A DNA stretch of 63,947 nucleotides, filler included, from Octopus bimaculoides (lineage: Eukaryota), in the NCBI RefSeq assembly GCF_001194135.2. It is 7 parts of 7 records of this genome, joined end to end, with 100 filler letters (N's around TTAATTAATTAA, not from the genome) between each part and the next. Parts side by side here need not be neighbours in the genome. Positions count along the whole stretch, not along the records: positions 23,316 to 38,822 come from NC_068997.1; positions 38,923 to 42,942 come from NC_068988.1; positions 43,043 to 49,311 come from NC_068999.1; 4 more parts are not named here. One strand, given 5' to 3'. Positions 33,690 through 46,519 of this stretch are shown piece by piece. Position numbers and translations under genes: made by a program. The notes under the pieces were generated by a model, which made no database searches, was not told where the DNA came from, and was given only the letters and a program-made list of their open reading frames with translations. The number at the start of each line of letters is the position of its first letter. The stretch's first letter is position 1.

Positions 33690-34304
33690 TTTAACTTGTT
33701 TCAGTCATTAGTCTGCGACCATGCTACAGCACCGCCTTGAGGAATTTTAGTCAAACAAATCAACCCCGTTTTTTTTTTTTTTTTAACCCTGGTACTTATT
33801 CTGTTTTAGACTCTTTTGCTGAACTGCTAAGTTATGGGGACATAAACACACCAACACCGGATGTCAAGTGGTGGTGGGGGACAAACACAGACACAAAGAC
33901 ACACACACACATAAATCCTCATGCACAAACACACACCAAATCCACTCACAAGGCATTGGTTGGCCCGAGGCTATAGTAGAAGACATTGCCCAAGGTGCCA
34001 CGCAGTGGGACTGAACCTGGAGCCATGTGTTTGGTAAGCAAGCTGCTTAATACACTGCCACATTTATGCCTAATTCTTTCATTCTTTTATTCTTTTACTT
34101 GTTTCAGTCATTTGACTGTGGCCATGCTGGAGTACCGCCTTTAGTCGAGCAAATCGACCCCAGGACTTATTCTTTGTAAGCCTAGTACTTATTCTATCGG
34201 TCTCTTTTGCGGAACTGCTAAGTTACAGGGACGTAAACACACCACCATCGGTTGTCAAGCGATGTTGGGAGGGACAAACAGACACACAAGCATATATATA
34301 CATA

Positions 34305-34386
<82 letters not shown>

Positions 34387-34430
34387 TAAGACGGGCTTCT
34401 TTAAGTTTCCGTCTACCAAATCCACTCAAC
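33690..34430 (-). mobile_element. Two tandem SINE family B copies (~33690-34040 and ~34078-34430)
   Basis: Both show the reverse-complemented tail TTTTACTTGTTTCAGTCATT and the central domain; the second loses its head at 34430. Confidence 0.85.
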
Positions 34431-34435
34431 GATCC

Positions 34436-34755
34436 CGCACGGATATGCTTTTAATGTTCCACTGGCACGAGTGCCAATCAGGCGGTACTGTCATCGGCCA
34501 CGTCAGCGATTTTGATTTGTTTACACCTGCCTCAACGGGGCTTCGCAAGCAAAGTTCATTGTCCAGTGAATGAGGGGTACTCATAAGTGGGTCAGTTACA
34601 CCCCCACATTCGGATGTGCTTTTAATGTTCCACTGGCATGATTGCCAATCATTCGGTACTGTCATCGGCCATGTCAGCAATTTTGATTTTGATTTCACTT
34701 GCCTCAGTAGGTCTTCGCAAGCAAAGTTCATTGTCCAATGAATGACGGGTATTCA
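34436..34755. repeat. ~170-bp unit, two tandem copies, related to 24270-24520
   Basis: CGGATATGCTTTTAATGTTCCACTGGCACGAGTGCCAATC...CTTCGCAAGCAAAGTTCATTGTCCA occurs twice. Confidence 0.85.
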
Positions 34756-34879
34756 TAGAACTTCTTAAAATGAAAAAAAAATAGAAGAGATTCTAATGAA
34801 CTGACTCACATCCTCTTCCAATTGTCCTCCATGAACTCCTCTAATTAATGTTTATTTAACAAAATATGCTATACTAACG

Positions 34880-35560
34880 ACATCATCGTCGTCGTCGTCA
34901 TTGACAACAATAACAACAACAACTAACCATGGTAACCATAACGATCATCATCGTCATCATCGTCATCATCATCATCACCACCACCACCACCAACCTCCTC
35001 CCCTCTTCTTATTTTTCTTCTTCCTCTTCCTCTTTCTACTCCCCTCTTCTTCTTCTTCTTCTTCTCCTTCCTCCTCCTACTCCCCTCTTCATCTTCCTCC
35101 TCCTCCCCTCCTCTTCCTCATCAACATCATCGTCATCATCATCATCATCACCATCATCCTCATCATCATCGTCGTCGTCATCAACATTACCCATGTCCTC
35201 ATGATCATCTTTGTTAAGGGTCCCACTTCCCCCCCATCCACCATCACCACCATCGTCACCACCTATAAAACAACAACAACAGCTACAGCTTAACTACTAA
35301 TCACTGGGTACCATTCACAAACTCATCAACTCACCCGTTTAAACGGACCAACAGCTACCATTCCCACACGTCCTGTGGCAGTGATGATGATGGTGATGAT
35401 GATGATGATGATAATGATGATGATTCTTATCACCATCATCATCATCATCATCATCATCATCACCTCCATTATTGCCATCATCATTTTCATTATCATCATA
35501 ATCACAATCACCATCGTCATCATCGTCATCATCGTCATCATCATCATTGTTAGTTTGCCT
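34880..35560. repeat. Compound CAT/CTC/GAT microsatellite tract
   Basis: Directly visible. Confidence 0.9.
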
Positions 35561-36632
35561 TAATTGATGACTGATAAGGCTGCAATCAGTCGTTAATAAA
35601 CTGCATCACACTCGTTAAGTGCTGCTGTTGTCAGCAAACATCTTTGTTAATTACTTATCATATTGATAAAGTTCTTGTTTATCAACAAGAAATTAGGCGA
35701 GCAATTACCACCACCACCGTCACCACTGCCCCCCTAACCCCTACCCCCTACCCCCNNNNNNNNNNNNNNNNNNNNNNNNNNNNNNNNNNNNNNNNNNNNN
35801 NNNNNNNNNNNNNNNNNNNNNNNNNNNNNNNNNNNNNNNNNNNNNNNNNNNNNNNNNNNNNNNNNNNNNNNNNNNNNNNNNNNNNNNNNNNNNNNNNNNN
35901 NNNNNNNNNNNNNNNNNNNNNNNNNNNNNNNNNNNNNNNNNNNNNNNNNNNNNNNNNNNNNNNNNNNNNNNNNNNNNNNNNNNNNNNNNNNNNNNNNNNN
36001 NNNNNNNNNNNNNNNNNNNNNNNNNNNNNNNNNNNNNNNNNNNNNNNNNNNNNNNNNNNNNNNNNNNNNNNNNNNNNNNNNNNNNNNNNNNNNNNNNNNN
36101 NNNNNNNNNNNNNNNNNNNNNNNNNNNNNNNNNNNNNNNNNNNNNNNNNNNNNNNNNNNNNNNNNNNNNNNNNNNNNNNNNNNNNNNNNNNNNNNNNNNN
36201 NNNNNNNNNNNNNNNNNNNNNNNNNNNNNNNNNNNNNNNNNNNNNNNNNNNNNNNNNNNNNNNNNNNNNNNNNNNNNNNNNNNNNNNNNNNNNNNNNNNN
36301 NNNNNNNNNNNNNNNNNNNNNNNNNNNNNNNNNNNNNNNNNNNNNNNNNNNNNNNNNNNNNNNNNNNNNNNNNNNNNNNNNNNNNNNNNNNNNNNNNNNN
36401 NNNNNNNNNNNNNNNNNNNNNNNNNNNNNNNNNNNNGGTGGTGGTGGTGGTGGTGGTGGTTGTGTTATAGTCATCATAGTGATATTGGTATAATTGTTTG
36501 TGGTTGTATTGGTAGCAGGTAAGAGCGGTGGTGGAAGGAGTCACTGAATGTATAAGTGTTTAATGTATATATATATATATATATATGCACATATATGTAT
36601 ATATGGGTGTGTGTGTGTGAAAAATACACAGA

Positions 36633-36674
<42 letters not shown>

Positions 36675-37039
36675 GTATGTATTCATTATATATATATATG
36701 TATTCATTCATTTATTTACATGTATATACATATATATATATATTTGTATGTCGATACAGATATCCTTGAGTATATAAGTGGTGATGATAGTGTTGGCGGT
36801 GGTGGTGGAGAGAGGGATGCTTGTTGTGTTTGTTAGTCCATGTATCTACATATGCATATTAATATAGAGTATACTTATATGTATGCATGTGTGTGTGTGT
36901 GTATGTGCATATGTGTGTGTGTGTGTGTGTGTGTATTTATGTAGGTTAGGTAAATTGAAATTAACTTTGTGCAAAGGAAGTAAAGACACCAAACAAACAG
37001 TTTATATAATGAGTGAAGGAATAACAACATGCTTTAATA

Positions 37040-37161
37040 ATCAAGATAATAATGTTAATGATGATAATTAGTGTTGTTATTGTTATCATTACTGTTGTCA
37101 TTATACCTTCTTCATCAACAATGCGTCATCGTCGCTGCTGTTGTCGTCAGCATCGCCGTTG

Positions 37162-37193
<32 letters not shown>

Positions 37194-37639
37194 GTTGTCG
37201 TTGTCATCATCGTAAGCACAGTTGTATAGTTGTTGTAACTGTCGTCGTCGTCGTCGTCATCATCATCATCATCGTTATTACTACCACAACCTTCGGCGCC
37301 ATCACCACCACCACCACCACCACCACGACCACCACCACGACCGTCACGACCATCACGACAACTACGACGACCACCACCACCACCACCACCAATGCCACCA
37401 CTACCACCAACACACCAACACATTCAAACTCACCACCACAGCCACCACCACCACCACTACACCATCATCATCATCATTGTTGTCATCAACTTCATCATTA
37501 TCGTTCACAAAGATAACGATATTGATGACTGAGGTAGACGACTTTTCATAACATTGGGGACAATGACAATAACAACATGAACACCAACAACAATAATTGC
37601 AATTATTACTACCATTACTATTATTATTATTATTATTAC

Positions 37640-37682
<43 letters not shown>

Positions 37683-37782
37683 GGTTTCATCATTATGCTG
37701 ATTATTGTTTTAATAACAATAGCAATAATGACGGCTAGGAGATGAATGACATGTTGGACATCACATTGCTGATGATTATGAC

Positions 37783-37814
<32 letters not shown>

Positions 37815-38600
37815 GGTGGTGGAGGGACAGGGAGGTGCGGGGGTGGGGTGTGGTGCGCCTTCATCATTCTGTCGAAGACTGTGACAATAAACAACAATTA
37901 CAATGAGGTAAGATAATAAGGACAAACGACTATAATAACGACGACAACAACAACAACAAGGACAACAACAACATTGACAGTAATGACACAGTAATAACAA
38001 GGATAATGAATACGGTGGTAATAATAATTCATAACAACAACAGCAAGAACAACACCATCGATGAATGCCAACAGATGCTGGTGATGATGATGATGACGTT
38101 GATGATGATGATGGTGATGATGATGACGATGATGATGATGATGATGATGACGATGATGATGATGATGGTGATGATGATGACGATGATGATGATGATGATG
38201 ATGATGACGACGACGACGACGATGATGATGATGACGACAACGACGATGATGATGATGAAGAGGATGATGATGGAGAGAATGCATGTGGTGGTGTTGTAGG
38301 TGACGGTGGTGGTGGTAGTGGTGGTGGTGGTGGTGGTGATAACAGTGATGATGGTGATGACGGCGATGTTGATAATGAGGATGATGATGATGATGATGAG
38401 GATGATGAGGATGATGAGGATGGAGAGAATGCATGTGGTGGTGTTGATGTTGGTGTTGTTGTTGTTGGTGGCGGCGGTGGCGATAACAGTGATGATGACA
38501 ATGACGATCATGATGATGATGACGATGATGTGGATAACGACGATGACGACGACGATGATGACGATGACGATGATGATTGCGATGATGATAAGGTGATTGA
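37040..38600. repeat. 1.5-kb compound trinucleotide tract with an internal ~150-bp duplication
   Basis: GATGGAGAGAATGCATGTGGTGGTGTTG...GATAACAGTGATGATG occurs at ~38270 and ~38420. Confidence 0.9.
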
Positions 38601-38922
38601 TTTTTATCAAAGCACAGTCATAGTAATATATATACACAGCTAAAGCTTCTATAGACAGGTGTATATGACCATACATGCATACATCTATGTATACACATGT
38701 GTGCGTATATATATTTACATATATATATGTAGTAATACACACACACACACACACACACACTCAAACACTCTTATCTCTCTCTTTCTCTCTCTCTCTTTCT
38801 ATATATATATATATATATATATNNNNNNNNNNNNNNNNNNNNNNNNNNNNNNNNNNNNNNNNNNNNTTAATTAATTAANNNNNNNNNNNNNNNNNNNNNN
38901 NNNNNNNNNNNNNNNNNNNNNN

Positions 38923-38953
<31 letters not shown>

Positions 38954-39460
38954 TATATATAAATCCACTCACAAGGGACTGGTCGGACCAAGGTTAAAAT
39001 GGAAAACACTTGCTCAAGCTACCACACAGTCGACCTGAACTGGGAACAGTGTGGTTGAGAAGAAAAGCTTTTTCCCACACAGCCACACCTGCGCCTATGC
39101 ATATCTGTGTGTGTGAGTGTGGATGTATATATGTATGTGCGTGCGTTTGTGTGTGTGTGTGTGAGTGCGTATGTGTATATTCGTTTGTGTTTGCGAGTGC
39201 GTGTAAATGTTTTGGAATAAATATCTACACAGCACAGACAAACACACAGGAGAGATACTTATTCCCAATGCAAACGGGAAAACTGCGAAAATCTGGTGGA
39301 AATACATCAAATCGCACAGACGATATCTAATATTCAATAGGAAAAGGAATTAGTTTTCCTCCAACGTTTATTCCTATTCATTATTCCGAGCTCTTTTCTT
39401 CTCTCTCAAAACACAAACACACATACACACACGAAAGCACGCACGCACACACACACTTAT

Positions 39461-39499
<39 letters not shown>

Positions 39500-39648
39500 T
39501 GCACATGCACAGAATCACACACACACACACACACAAACTGAAGACCTTTGAATCAAATTCATGGCGTATAACGATAGAACTCGATATGCAATTGTGTCAT
39601 TTGTGTTATGGTATATATTTGAGTTTTATAATTATAGATCTCCCGCAC

Positions 39649-39711
39649 TTTCTACTGCAGAGCCACAGATAATTGTCTAATTATCAATCGTGAAACTTCG
39701 AACTATAGAAA
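39649..39711 (+). ncRNA. Hammerhead motif, array copy 1 (core mutated to CTGCAGA)
   Basis: TTTCTA-CTGCAGA-G CCA CA GATAATTG TC TAATTATC AA TCG T-GAAA-CTTCGAAC-TA-TAGAAA. Confidence 0.65.
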
Positions 39712-39974
39712 TAACTGGTGCTTTATATTTTTAAAAATTATCTTGTCCGCTTACATCCAACACTCTATATATGGGTACGTATTTTTCGTGGTTTGAAGAT
39801 CTGATATTTTTTTCAGCAGGCAAGGAAACTACTTGGCGGTGTGCCTCTTAGTGCATAATTACTTGTGGTTATACACATTTACATGTATGGAAACAAGTTG
39901 CAGTCTACGTCCAATTTCTACGCATGATGGCCACTGGTATAAATTATTATTTTTAATAAATTTAAACCTTTATT

Positions 39975-40197
39975 ATTCTTTTACTGTTTTATTTGTTTAA
40001 GTCATTTGACTGCGGTCATGCTGGATCACCGCCTTTAGACGAGTAATTATTCTATCTGTTATTTTGCCGAATCGCTAAGTTACGAGGATGTAAACACAAT
40101 AGCATCGGTTTTGAAGCGATGGTGTGTAGTACAAACACTGACAAACACCTCCCCAGCACACACACACACACACATACACACACACACACACACACAC

Positions 40198-40271
<74 letters not shown>

Positions 40272-40422
40272 TACGGACTTTTTTCAATTTCTGTCTACCA
40301 AATTCACTCACAGGGCTTTGGTCTGCCCGAGTCTATAGTAAAAAGCACTTGCCCAAGGTACCACGCAGTTGGACTGAACCCGGAACCGTGTGGCTGGTAA
40401 GCAAGCTACTTATCACACAGCC
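39975..40422 (-). mobile_element. SINE family B inserted in the array
   Basis: Reverse-complemented tail, (CA)n/(TA)n and head ending CACACAGCC. Confidence 0.85.
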
Positions 40423-40533
40423 AGTTCTTGAGTCAGATAATTCACTGCTGAACTTTTATTCACTGCTGATAGATTCTGGCTTGGCGCGTTGTTTGAAAGA
40501 CATTTGAATCCGTTGGGATATGGTAGGCATTTG

Positions 40534-40596
40534 TTACTACTGAAGATCCACAGATAATTGCTTAATTATTAATGGTGAAACTTCGAACTTTAGAAA
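40534..40596 (+). ncRNA. Hammerhead motif, array copy 2
   Basis: TTACTA-CTGAAGA-T CCA CA GATAATTG CT TAATTATT AA TGG T-GAAA-CTTCGAAC-TT-TAGAAA. Confidence 0.7.
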
Positions 40597-40941
40597 TAAC
40601 TGCTCTTTTATTTTTTCCAAATTTTCTGGCCCGCTATATATAAGAAATTATTTTTCCTGGTTACAGTCTACGGACAATTTTTACACATGCTGGCCACCGG
40701 TATAAATTATTATCTTTAATGATTTTAACCCTTATTATAATTTTTACCCGAATTATGTTTATATTTACACACTTTAGTTCTTGAGTCAGATAATTCACTA
40801 CTGAATTTTCATTCGCTGCTGATTTCTTCTGTTGTTTGAAGACATTTGAATCGAATCCATGATGTATGACGATAGAACTTGATATGTACGTGTGTACTTA
40901 GGGAAATGGCATGTATCTGAGTTTAAAAATTACACATGTCT

Positions 40942-41014
40942 GGTAATTTCTACTGAAGATCTACGGATAATTGTTTAATTATTAATGGTGAAACTTCGAA
41001 ATATAGAAATAACT
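40942..41014 (+). ncRNA. Hammerhead motif, array copy 3
   Basis: GGTAATTTCTA-CTGAAGA-T CTA CG GATAATTG TT TAATTATT AA TGG T-GAAA-CTTCGAAA-TA-TAGAAATAACT; stem I pairs at 10 of 11 positions. Confidence 0.7.
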
Positions 41015-42010
41015 GATTTGTTATTTTTTTTCAAATTGTTTTGTCCGGTTATATGCAACGTGTTATATATGAGAACGTATTTTTCATGGTCTGAAGATAT
41101 GACATTTTCTCTCAGTAGCCAAGGAAACCACTTTGTGATTCTCCTCTTAATGTGGATATACGAACTCATATATATATATATATATGTATATTTATATATA
41201 TATANNNNNNNNNNNNNNNNNNNNNNNNNNNNNNNNNNNNNNNNNNNNNNNNNNNNNNNNNNNNNNNNNNNNNNNNNNNNNNNNNNNNNNNNNNNNNNNN
41301 NNNNNNNNNNNNNNNNNNNNNNNNNNNNNNNNNNNNNNNNNNNNNNNNNNNNNNNNNNNNNNNNNNNNNNNNNNNNNNNNNNNNNNNNNNNNNNNNNNNN
41401 NNNNNNNNNNNNNNNNNNNNNNNNNNNNNNNNNNNNNNNNNNNNNNNNNNNNNNNNNNNNNNNNNNNNNNNNNNNNNNNNNNNNNNNNNNNNNNNNNNNN
41501 NNNNNNNNNNNNNNNNNNNNNNNNNNNNNNNNNNNNNNNNNNNNNNNNNNNNNNNNNNNNNNNNNNNNNNNNNNNNNNNNNNNNNNNNNNNNNNNNNNNN
41601 NNNNNNNNNNNNNNNNNNNNNNNNNNNNNNNNNNNNNNNNNNNNNNNNNNNNNNNNNNNNNNNNNNNNNNNNNNNNNNNNNNNNNNNNNNNNNNNNNNNN
41701 NNNNNNNNNNNNNNNNNNNNNNNNNNNNNNNNNNNNNNNNNNNNNNNNNNNNNNNNNNNNNNNNNNNNNNNNNNNNNNNNNNNNNNNNNNNNNNNNNNNN
41801 NNNNNNNNNNNNNNNNNNNNNNNNNNNNNNNNNNNNNNNNNNNNNNNNNNNNNNNNNNNNNNNNNNNNNNNNNNNNNNNNNNNNNNNNNNNNNNNNNNNN
41901 NNNNNNNNNNNNNNNNNNNNNNNNNNNNNNNNNNNNNNNNNNNNNNNNNNNNNNNNNNNNNNNNNNNNNNNNNNNNNNNNNNNNNNNNNNNNNNNNNNNN
42001 NNNNNNNATA

Positions 42011-42041
<31 letters not shown>

Positions 42042-42908
42042 TGTTGTTGCTGGAGGCAAGACGAAATTCGTTTTGTTTACTGCCCTCACACGTCTTTGCC
42101 AGTATATACACAGTGAAGTTTTACTATAGCGTCGTAAATTTATGGACTGCTATTTCCAGTAAACATTGGTACCCTGTTGTAGCACCTTTCTCTCTCTCTA
42201 TCTCTCTCTCTCTCTCTCTCTCTTTCTCGTTCTTTCTTTCTCTCTCTCTCTCTCACTCACTCTCTCTCTTCTACAATATAAATTGGACATGGGTGATTGT
42301 TGTATTCTTTCTTGTCTTGAGGTTCACAGCCAAACAGCAGGGTAGATTCGCGTGAAAATGGCACACATATGGAGACGGGTGCATAGACTGAAATGCGGAT
42401 TGCATTTTTTTGTCCTAGCCCCCATAGTTACCCTTTACAAACTTTTTGTAATGGAATTCCCGTTTGTTCTAGCATTAAAACAACCAGTTGCTCACACAGC
42501 CAGCATATACCATTTCGATAGCAGCAAAGAGAGAACAGGATGACAGTTAGCCAAAGCCAGTCATACATACATACATACATAACCTTTCTCTCCTTTTCTT
42601 TCTCAGTCACTCACATTCACTCACATGGATGGATGGATAGATGGATTGTGGGTGTGTCTTTTTGTCTGTGTTTGTTCCTCGCCACCGCTTGATAACTAAT
42701 GCTGATTTGTTTCCATCCCCGTAACTTACCTGTTCGTCTATAAGACTGTTTAAAAGAATAAGTCCTGGGATTGATTTTTTTCGACGAAAAGTCATTAAGG
42801 AGGCGCCTCAGTATGAACGCACTCAAATGACTGAAACATGTAAAAGATAAAATATATAAACACGTATATTTATCTGTCTATCTATCTATCTATTTATCTA
42901 TCTATCTA

Positions 42909-42942
<34 letters not shown>

Positions 42943-43042
42943 NNNNNNNNNNNNNNNNNNNNNNNNNNNNNNNNNNNNNNNNNNNNTTAATTAATTAANN
43001 NNNNNNNNNNNNNNNNNNNNNNNNNNNNNNNNNNNNNNNNNN

Positions 43043-43853
43043 CAGCTGTATAAGACCCCTACCACCTTCTGTACGTTGTATATATAACCTTTCTATGTCA
43101 GATTTTGGGTGGTGCATCCTAGATCCTGTCATTATTTTTCTTGTTTTCCTGTCTATTTTAGATAGTTCGTTTAGTGTCCAGTTAAGTATATTGTAGCTGT
43201 AACTTATAACTGGGACGGCTAAAGTGTTAATACTTATTATCTTGGATTTAGCATTGAGCTCTGTTTTTAGTATTGATCTAACTCGTCTATAGTACTATTT
43301 CTTTATTTTTTCTTTCATTTGTGTGTGTTGTATCCTATCTAGTTCATTGATTCCTAAATATTTATATGGCTGGCTTTCGTCTAACTCTTTTATTTCATTG
43401 GCTTTATCTAGTGTGATGTTGCTACTCTTAACTAGTTTTCCTCTTCTCAGGGTTGCTTTGGCACATTTTTCTAATCCGAGTTTCAAATCTATTTCCTTGG
43501 TAAATCCACGCACTGTCTGTAGTAGTGTTTCCAGCTCTTTAACATTTCTAGCGTATAATTTTAGGTCATCCATATATAAAAGGTGGTTGACTGTTTTGCC
43601 GTAACATTTGTATCTGCATCCAGTTCTATTTAGCAATTCAGTTAAAGGTGTGAGCGCCAGGCAGAACAGGAGTGGAGAGAGCGTGTCTCTCTGGAATATT
43701 CCTCTTCACGAGTCCCTCTTTTGTTTGGAGCTGTCTGCCATTTATTCATAGAGTGCCTTATGTATTTTATAATAATTGGTGCCACCTTGTTTATGGCTAG
43801 TGTTTCGGGGATCCACGTGTGGGGAACACTGTCGAAAGCCTTTCGGTAGTCTT
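43043..43853 (-). pseudogene. R4/Dong-like non-LTR retrotransposon, RT core fragment (copy B)
   Basis: DYRKAFDSVPHTW; RGIFQRDTLSPLLFCLAL; NHLLYMDDLKLY; GLEKC; YKYLG; HHPKSDIERLY...GGRGL. Confidence 0.85.
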
Positions 43854-43855
43854 AT

Positions 43856-43856
43856 T

Positions 43857-43921
<65 letters not shown>
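43856..43921. repeat. (TTA)n/(TTTA)n tract between two R4/Dong-like copies
   Basis: Directly visible; reads (TAA)n on the element strand. Confidence 0.95.
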
Positions 43922-43922
<1 letters not shown>

Positions 43923-46075
43923 TGATGAAAACTCTCAGCTAATTTTTCTGGGAATGATGGAAAGTGTCAACTGTCCACAGCCAGCAGACTAAGGTGACAC
44001 GCAGAAAACTCTTAGAGTTCCAAGCAATCATGATTTGTGTATGTCTTCTATCTTTACATTTGTACCATCTTTTTGAGATATTTTGGTAGTTGAGTGCTGA
44101 TACTTTCATGTACGCCAATTACAATTGGTATCACGTTCACTCTTTCCATTGCCCACCACCTATGATTTCCCACTTCAAATTGTCATAGCTGTTCACGTTT
44201 TTTCTTTCTCTATGATCCTGTTGTCACCGGAACTTGCTATATCGATTATCATGCAAGTTTTTTCTTTTTTATTCATCACAACAATGTCAGGTTTCCGATG
44301 TCTGATCTGACAGTCACAATAAATCATTGCATCCTACGGGATTTCGCTATCTTCATGTTCAGTAACTGCATCCGGGATTTGGTCATTCCACGTTTTCCCT
44401 TTGTAGGCTGTAATTTCCACAGAGTTCCCAAAGGATCATTCTTGCCACATTGACATGACGACTTTCGTGCTGCAACAATTTCGGACATTCACTAATAATG
44501 TGCCATACCGTTTCACCCATCTCACCACACATTCTGCATTTGTCGCTCTCTGTGTTGTCAATTTTGTACTTCACATAGTTCGTCCTTAACGCTTGTTCTT
44601 GTACGGTGCATGCAAGTGCTTCAGTCTATATCTTCAGGCCACTCCTTCAGATCCATTACCACTGGTCTTCTGTGACTGCTCTGGCGTTCGCATCTCTTGC
44701 AAACCGACCGTACGTACGTTTTTGTTTTCCTTTCCATGCCATTTCTTTTTCCGTGTGCTTTTCCTCTTTAAGTTTTTCTTTCTTTACACAATCATCTATT
44801 TTGATGATGTCGGCCTTCTTCACATGTTTCAGCAATAGTTCCACAGCATTTTTTACATGCTACCCTAAGCTGTTTTCCTCTGTTTCAACACAGTCCTGGC
44901 AAATGATCAAACCTCTCCCTCTCTTTCTTCTGGCCAAGTACAACTGATCAGTGTCACTCTTGGGATGGAATGCTCTGTGCGCTGTCAATGTTTTCCGTGT
45001 CTAAGGCGGCGAGCTGGCAGAAACGTTAGCACGCCGGGCGAAATGCTTAGCGGTATTACGTCTGAGTTCAAATTCCGCCGAGGTCGACTTTGCCTTTCAT
45101 CCTTTCGGGATTGATAAATTAAGTACCAGANNNNNNNNNNNNNNNNNNNNNNNNNNNNNNNNNNNNNNNNNNNNNNNNNNNNNNNNNNNNNNNNNNNNNN
45201 NNNNNNNNNNNNNNNNNNNNNNNNNNNNNNNNNNNNNNNNNNNNNNNNNNNNNNNNNNNNNNNNNNNNNNNNNNNNNNNNNNNNNNNNNNNNNNNNNNNN
45301 NNNNNNNNNNNNNNNNNNNNNNNNNNNNNNNNNNNNNNNNNNNNNNNNNNNNNNNNNNNNNNNNNNNNNNNNNNNNNNNNNNNNNNNNNNNNNNNNNNNN
45401 NNNNNNNNNNNNNNNNCGATGTAATCGATTTGGTCCTTTTGTCGGTCCTTGTTTGTCCCCTCTATGTTTAGCCCCTTATGAGCAATAAAGAAATAAGAAA
45501 CGTTAATACGCCGGGCGAAATGCTTAGCGGTATTTCGTCTGTCTTTACGTTCTGAGTTCAAATTCCGCCGAGGTCGACTTTGCCTTTCATCCTTTCGGGA
45601 TTGATAAATTAAGTACCAGATGCGTACTGGGGTCGATCTATTCGTCCTGGCCCCCTCCCCCCAAATTTCGGGCATTCTACCTAGAGTAGAAAAGAATATT
45701 TTCTGTGTCTTTGTATCCATGCTCATCAGTTCTTTCTGTTGATCTTTTGCCAGTTTATGATTCCAGCTCCATACCGAACTGATACTATCGCCAATGTATT
45801 TACTGCTTAGATCTTATTCCATCCAGTCAATTTTGAGTGCAACATTCTTATCTTAGTCTTCAGAAATATTCTTTCCTCAGCTGTTATTTCATTTTCTTCT
45901 ACATGATTTCGTTGAACTCTAGTATACCAAGGCGTTTATAGCCTTCCTTTTCAATTTGTTTCGTCATTCCTCAATTTGATCATTCTCTCTTAGCCAGGGG
46001 CTGTACCTTGCCTCCTTTCAGGCTCATTGTACAACACTTCTTGAATCCGAATTTCATCCTAATATCAGCAATAAA
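43922..46075 (-). mobile_element. R4/Dong-like non-LTR retrotransposon, 5'-truncated (copy A), with SINE insertions
   Basis: Thumb region (FGFKKC, HPKSDTDQLYLARRKRGRGL), CCHC knuckle CRMCGEMGETVWHIISEC, restriction-like endonuclease HRKPDIVV...IIDIA...EKE, then a 3' end running into (TAA)n. The clade assignment is from recalled motifs. Confidence 0.85.
45003..45700 (+). mobile_element. SINE family A, tandem copies spanning a gap
   Basis: Head at 45003; second copy ~45500-45700; the two share an identical ~70-bp stretch (45061-45130 vs ~45550-45620). Confidence 0.9.
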
Positions 46076-46519
46076 ATTTACGTACCAGTTGAGCACTGAG
46101 GTCAATATAATCGACTAGCCCCTGCTCATAAATTTCAGGCCTTGTACTTATTGTAGAAAAAATTGTTATCGTCGTTGTTGTTGTTGTTGCTGCTGTGCTG
46201 TAGTTTTTTTAAACCGATGTCTGCCCTGATAGAACAGATATATGTGAAAAGAATTCCGATCATGACCTTCCTATCTTTTACTGTATCTAGAACAAATTGT
46301 CCAAATTTGCTCTTCCTTTATTTAGACAGTAATGTGTCCTATATCTAGCATTTTGAATGTGACCCCAGTACTATGATCGGTGGGGGTGAAAACTGCACAG
46401 GAAGAGATAAAATGTCCGGTCGGTCAAGGTTTCAATTTCTGGTGAAAGCTATTTCACTTCACTTGTCTCACATTTTTCTTGACTTACAAGTAAAGACACC
46501 TTGTTTTTGACTACCCTTG

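Larger units (their letters stand above)
39538..41165 (+). repeat. Head-to-tail array of three ~0.4-0.5 kb units, each with a hammerhead motif (PLE terminal repeat/retrozyme-like)
   Basis: Shared blocks GAAGACATTTGAATC, CTACTGAAGA..GATAATTG..TAATTAT..GAAACTTCGAA..TAGAAATAACTG, TGGCCACYGGTATAAATTATTAT and GTTCTTGAGTCAGATAATTCACT recur. A SINE is inserted in unit 1 and the array runs into a gap. Confidence 0.85.

Noticed and set aside
37776-38760. Poly-Asp/His/Ser/Met ORFs of 100-240 aa (also at 9286-9963, 31984-32511, 34901-35293)
   Set aside because: Trinucleotide microsatellites are open in several frames on both strands, with no splice or domain support.
41085-41140. Second CTGAAGA...GAAA motif within the array unit (also ~39790-39845)
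   Set aside because: Stem III (CCAC/GTG) is plausible, but I find no stem I partner and stem II does not close.
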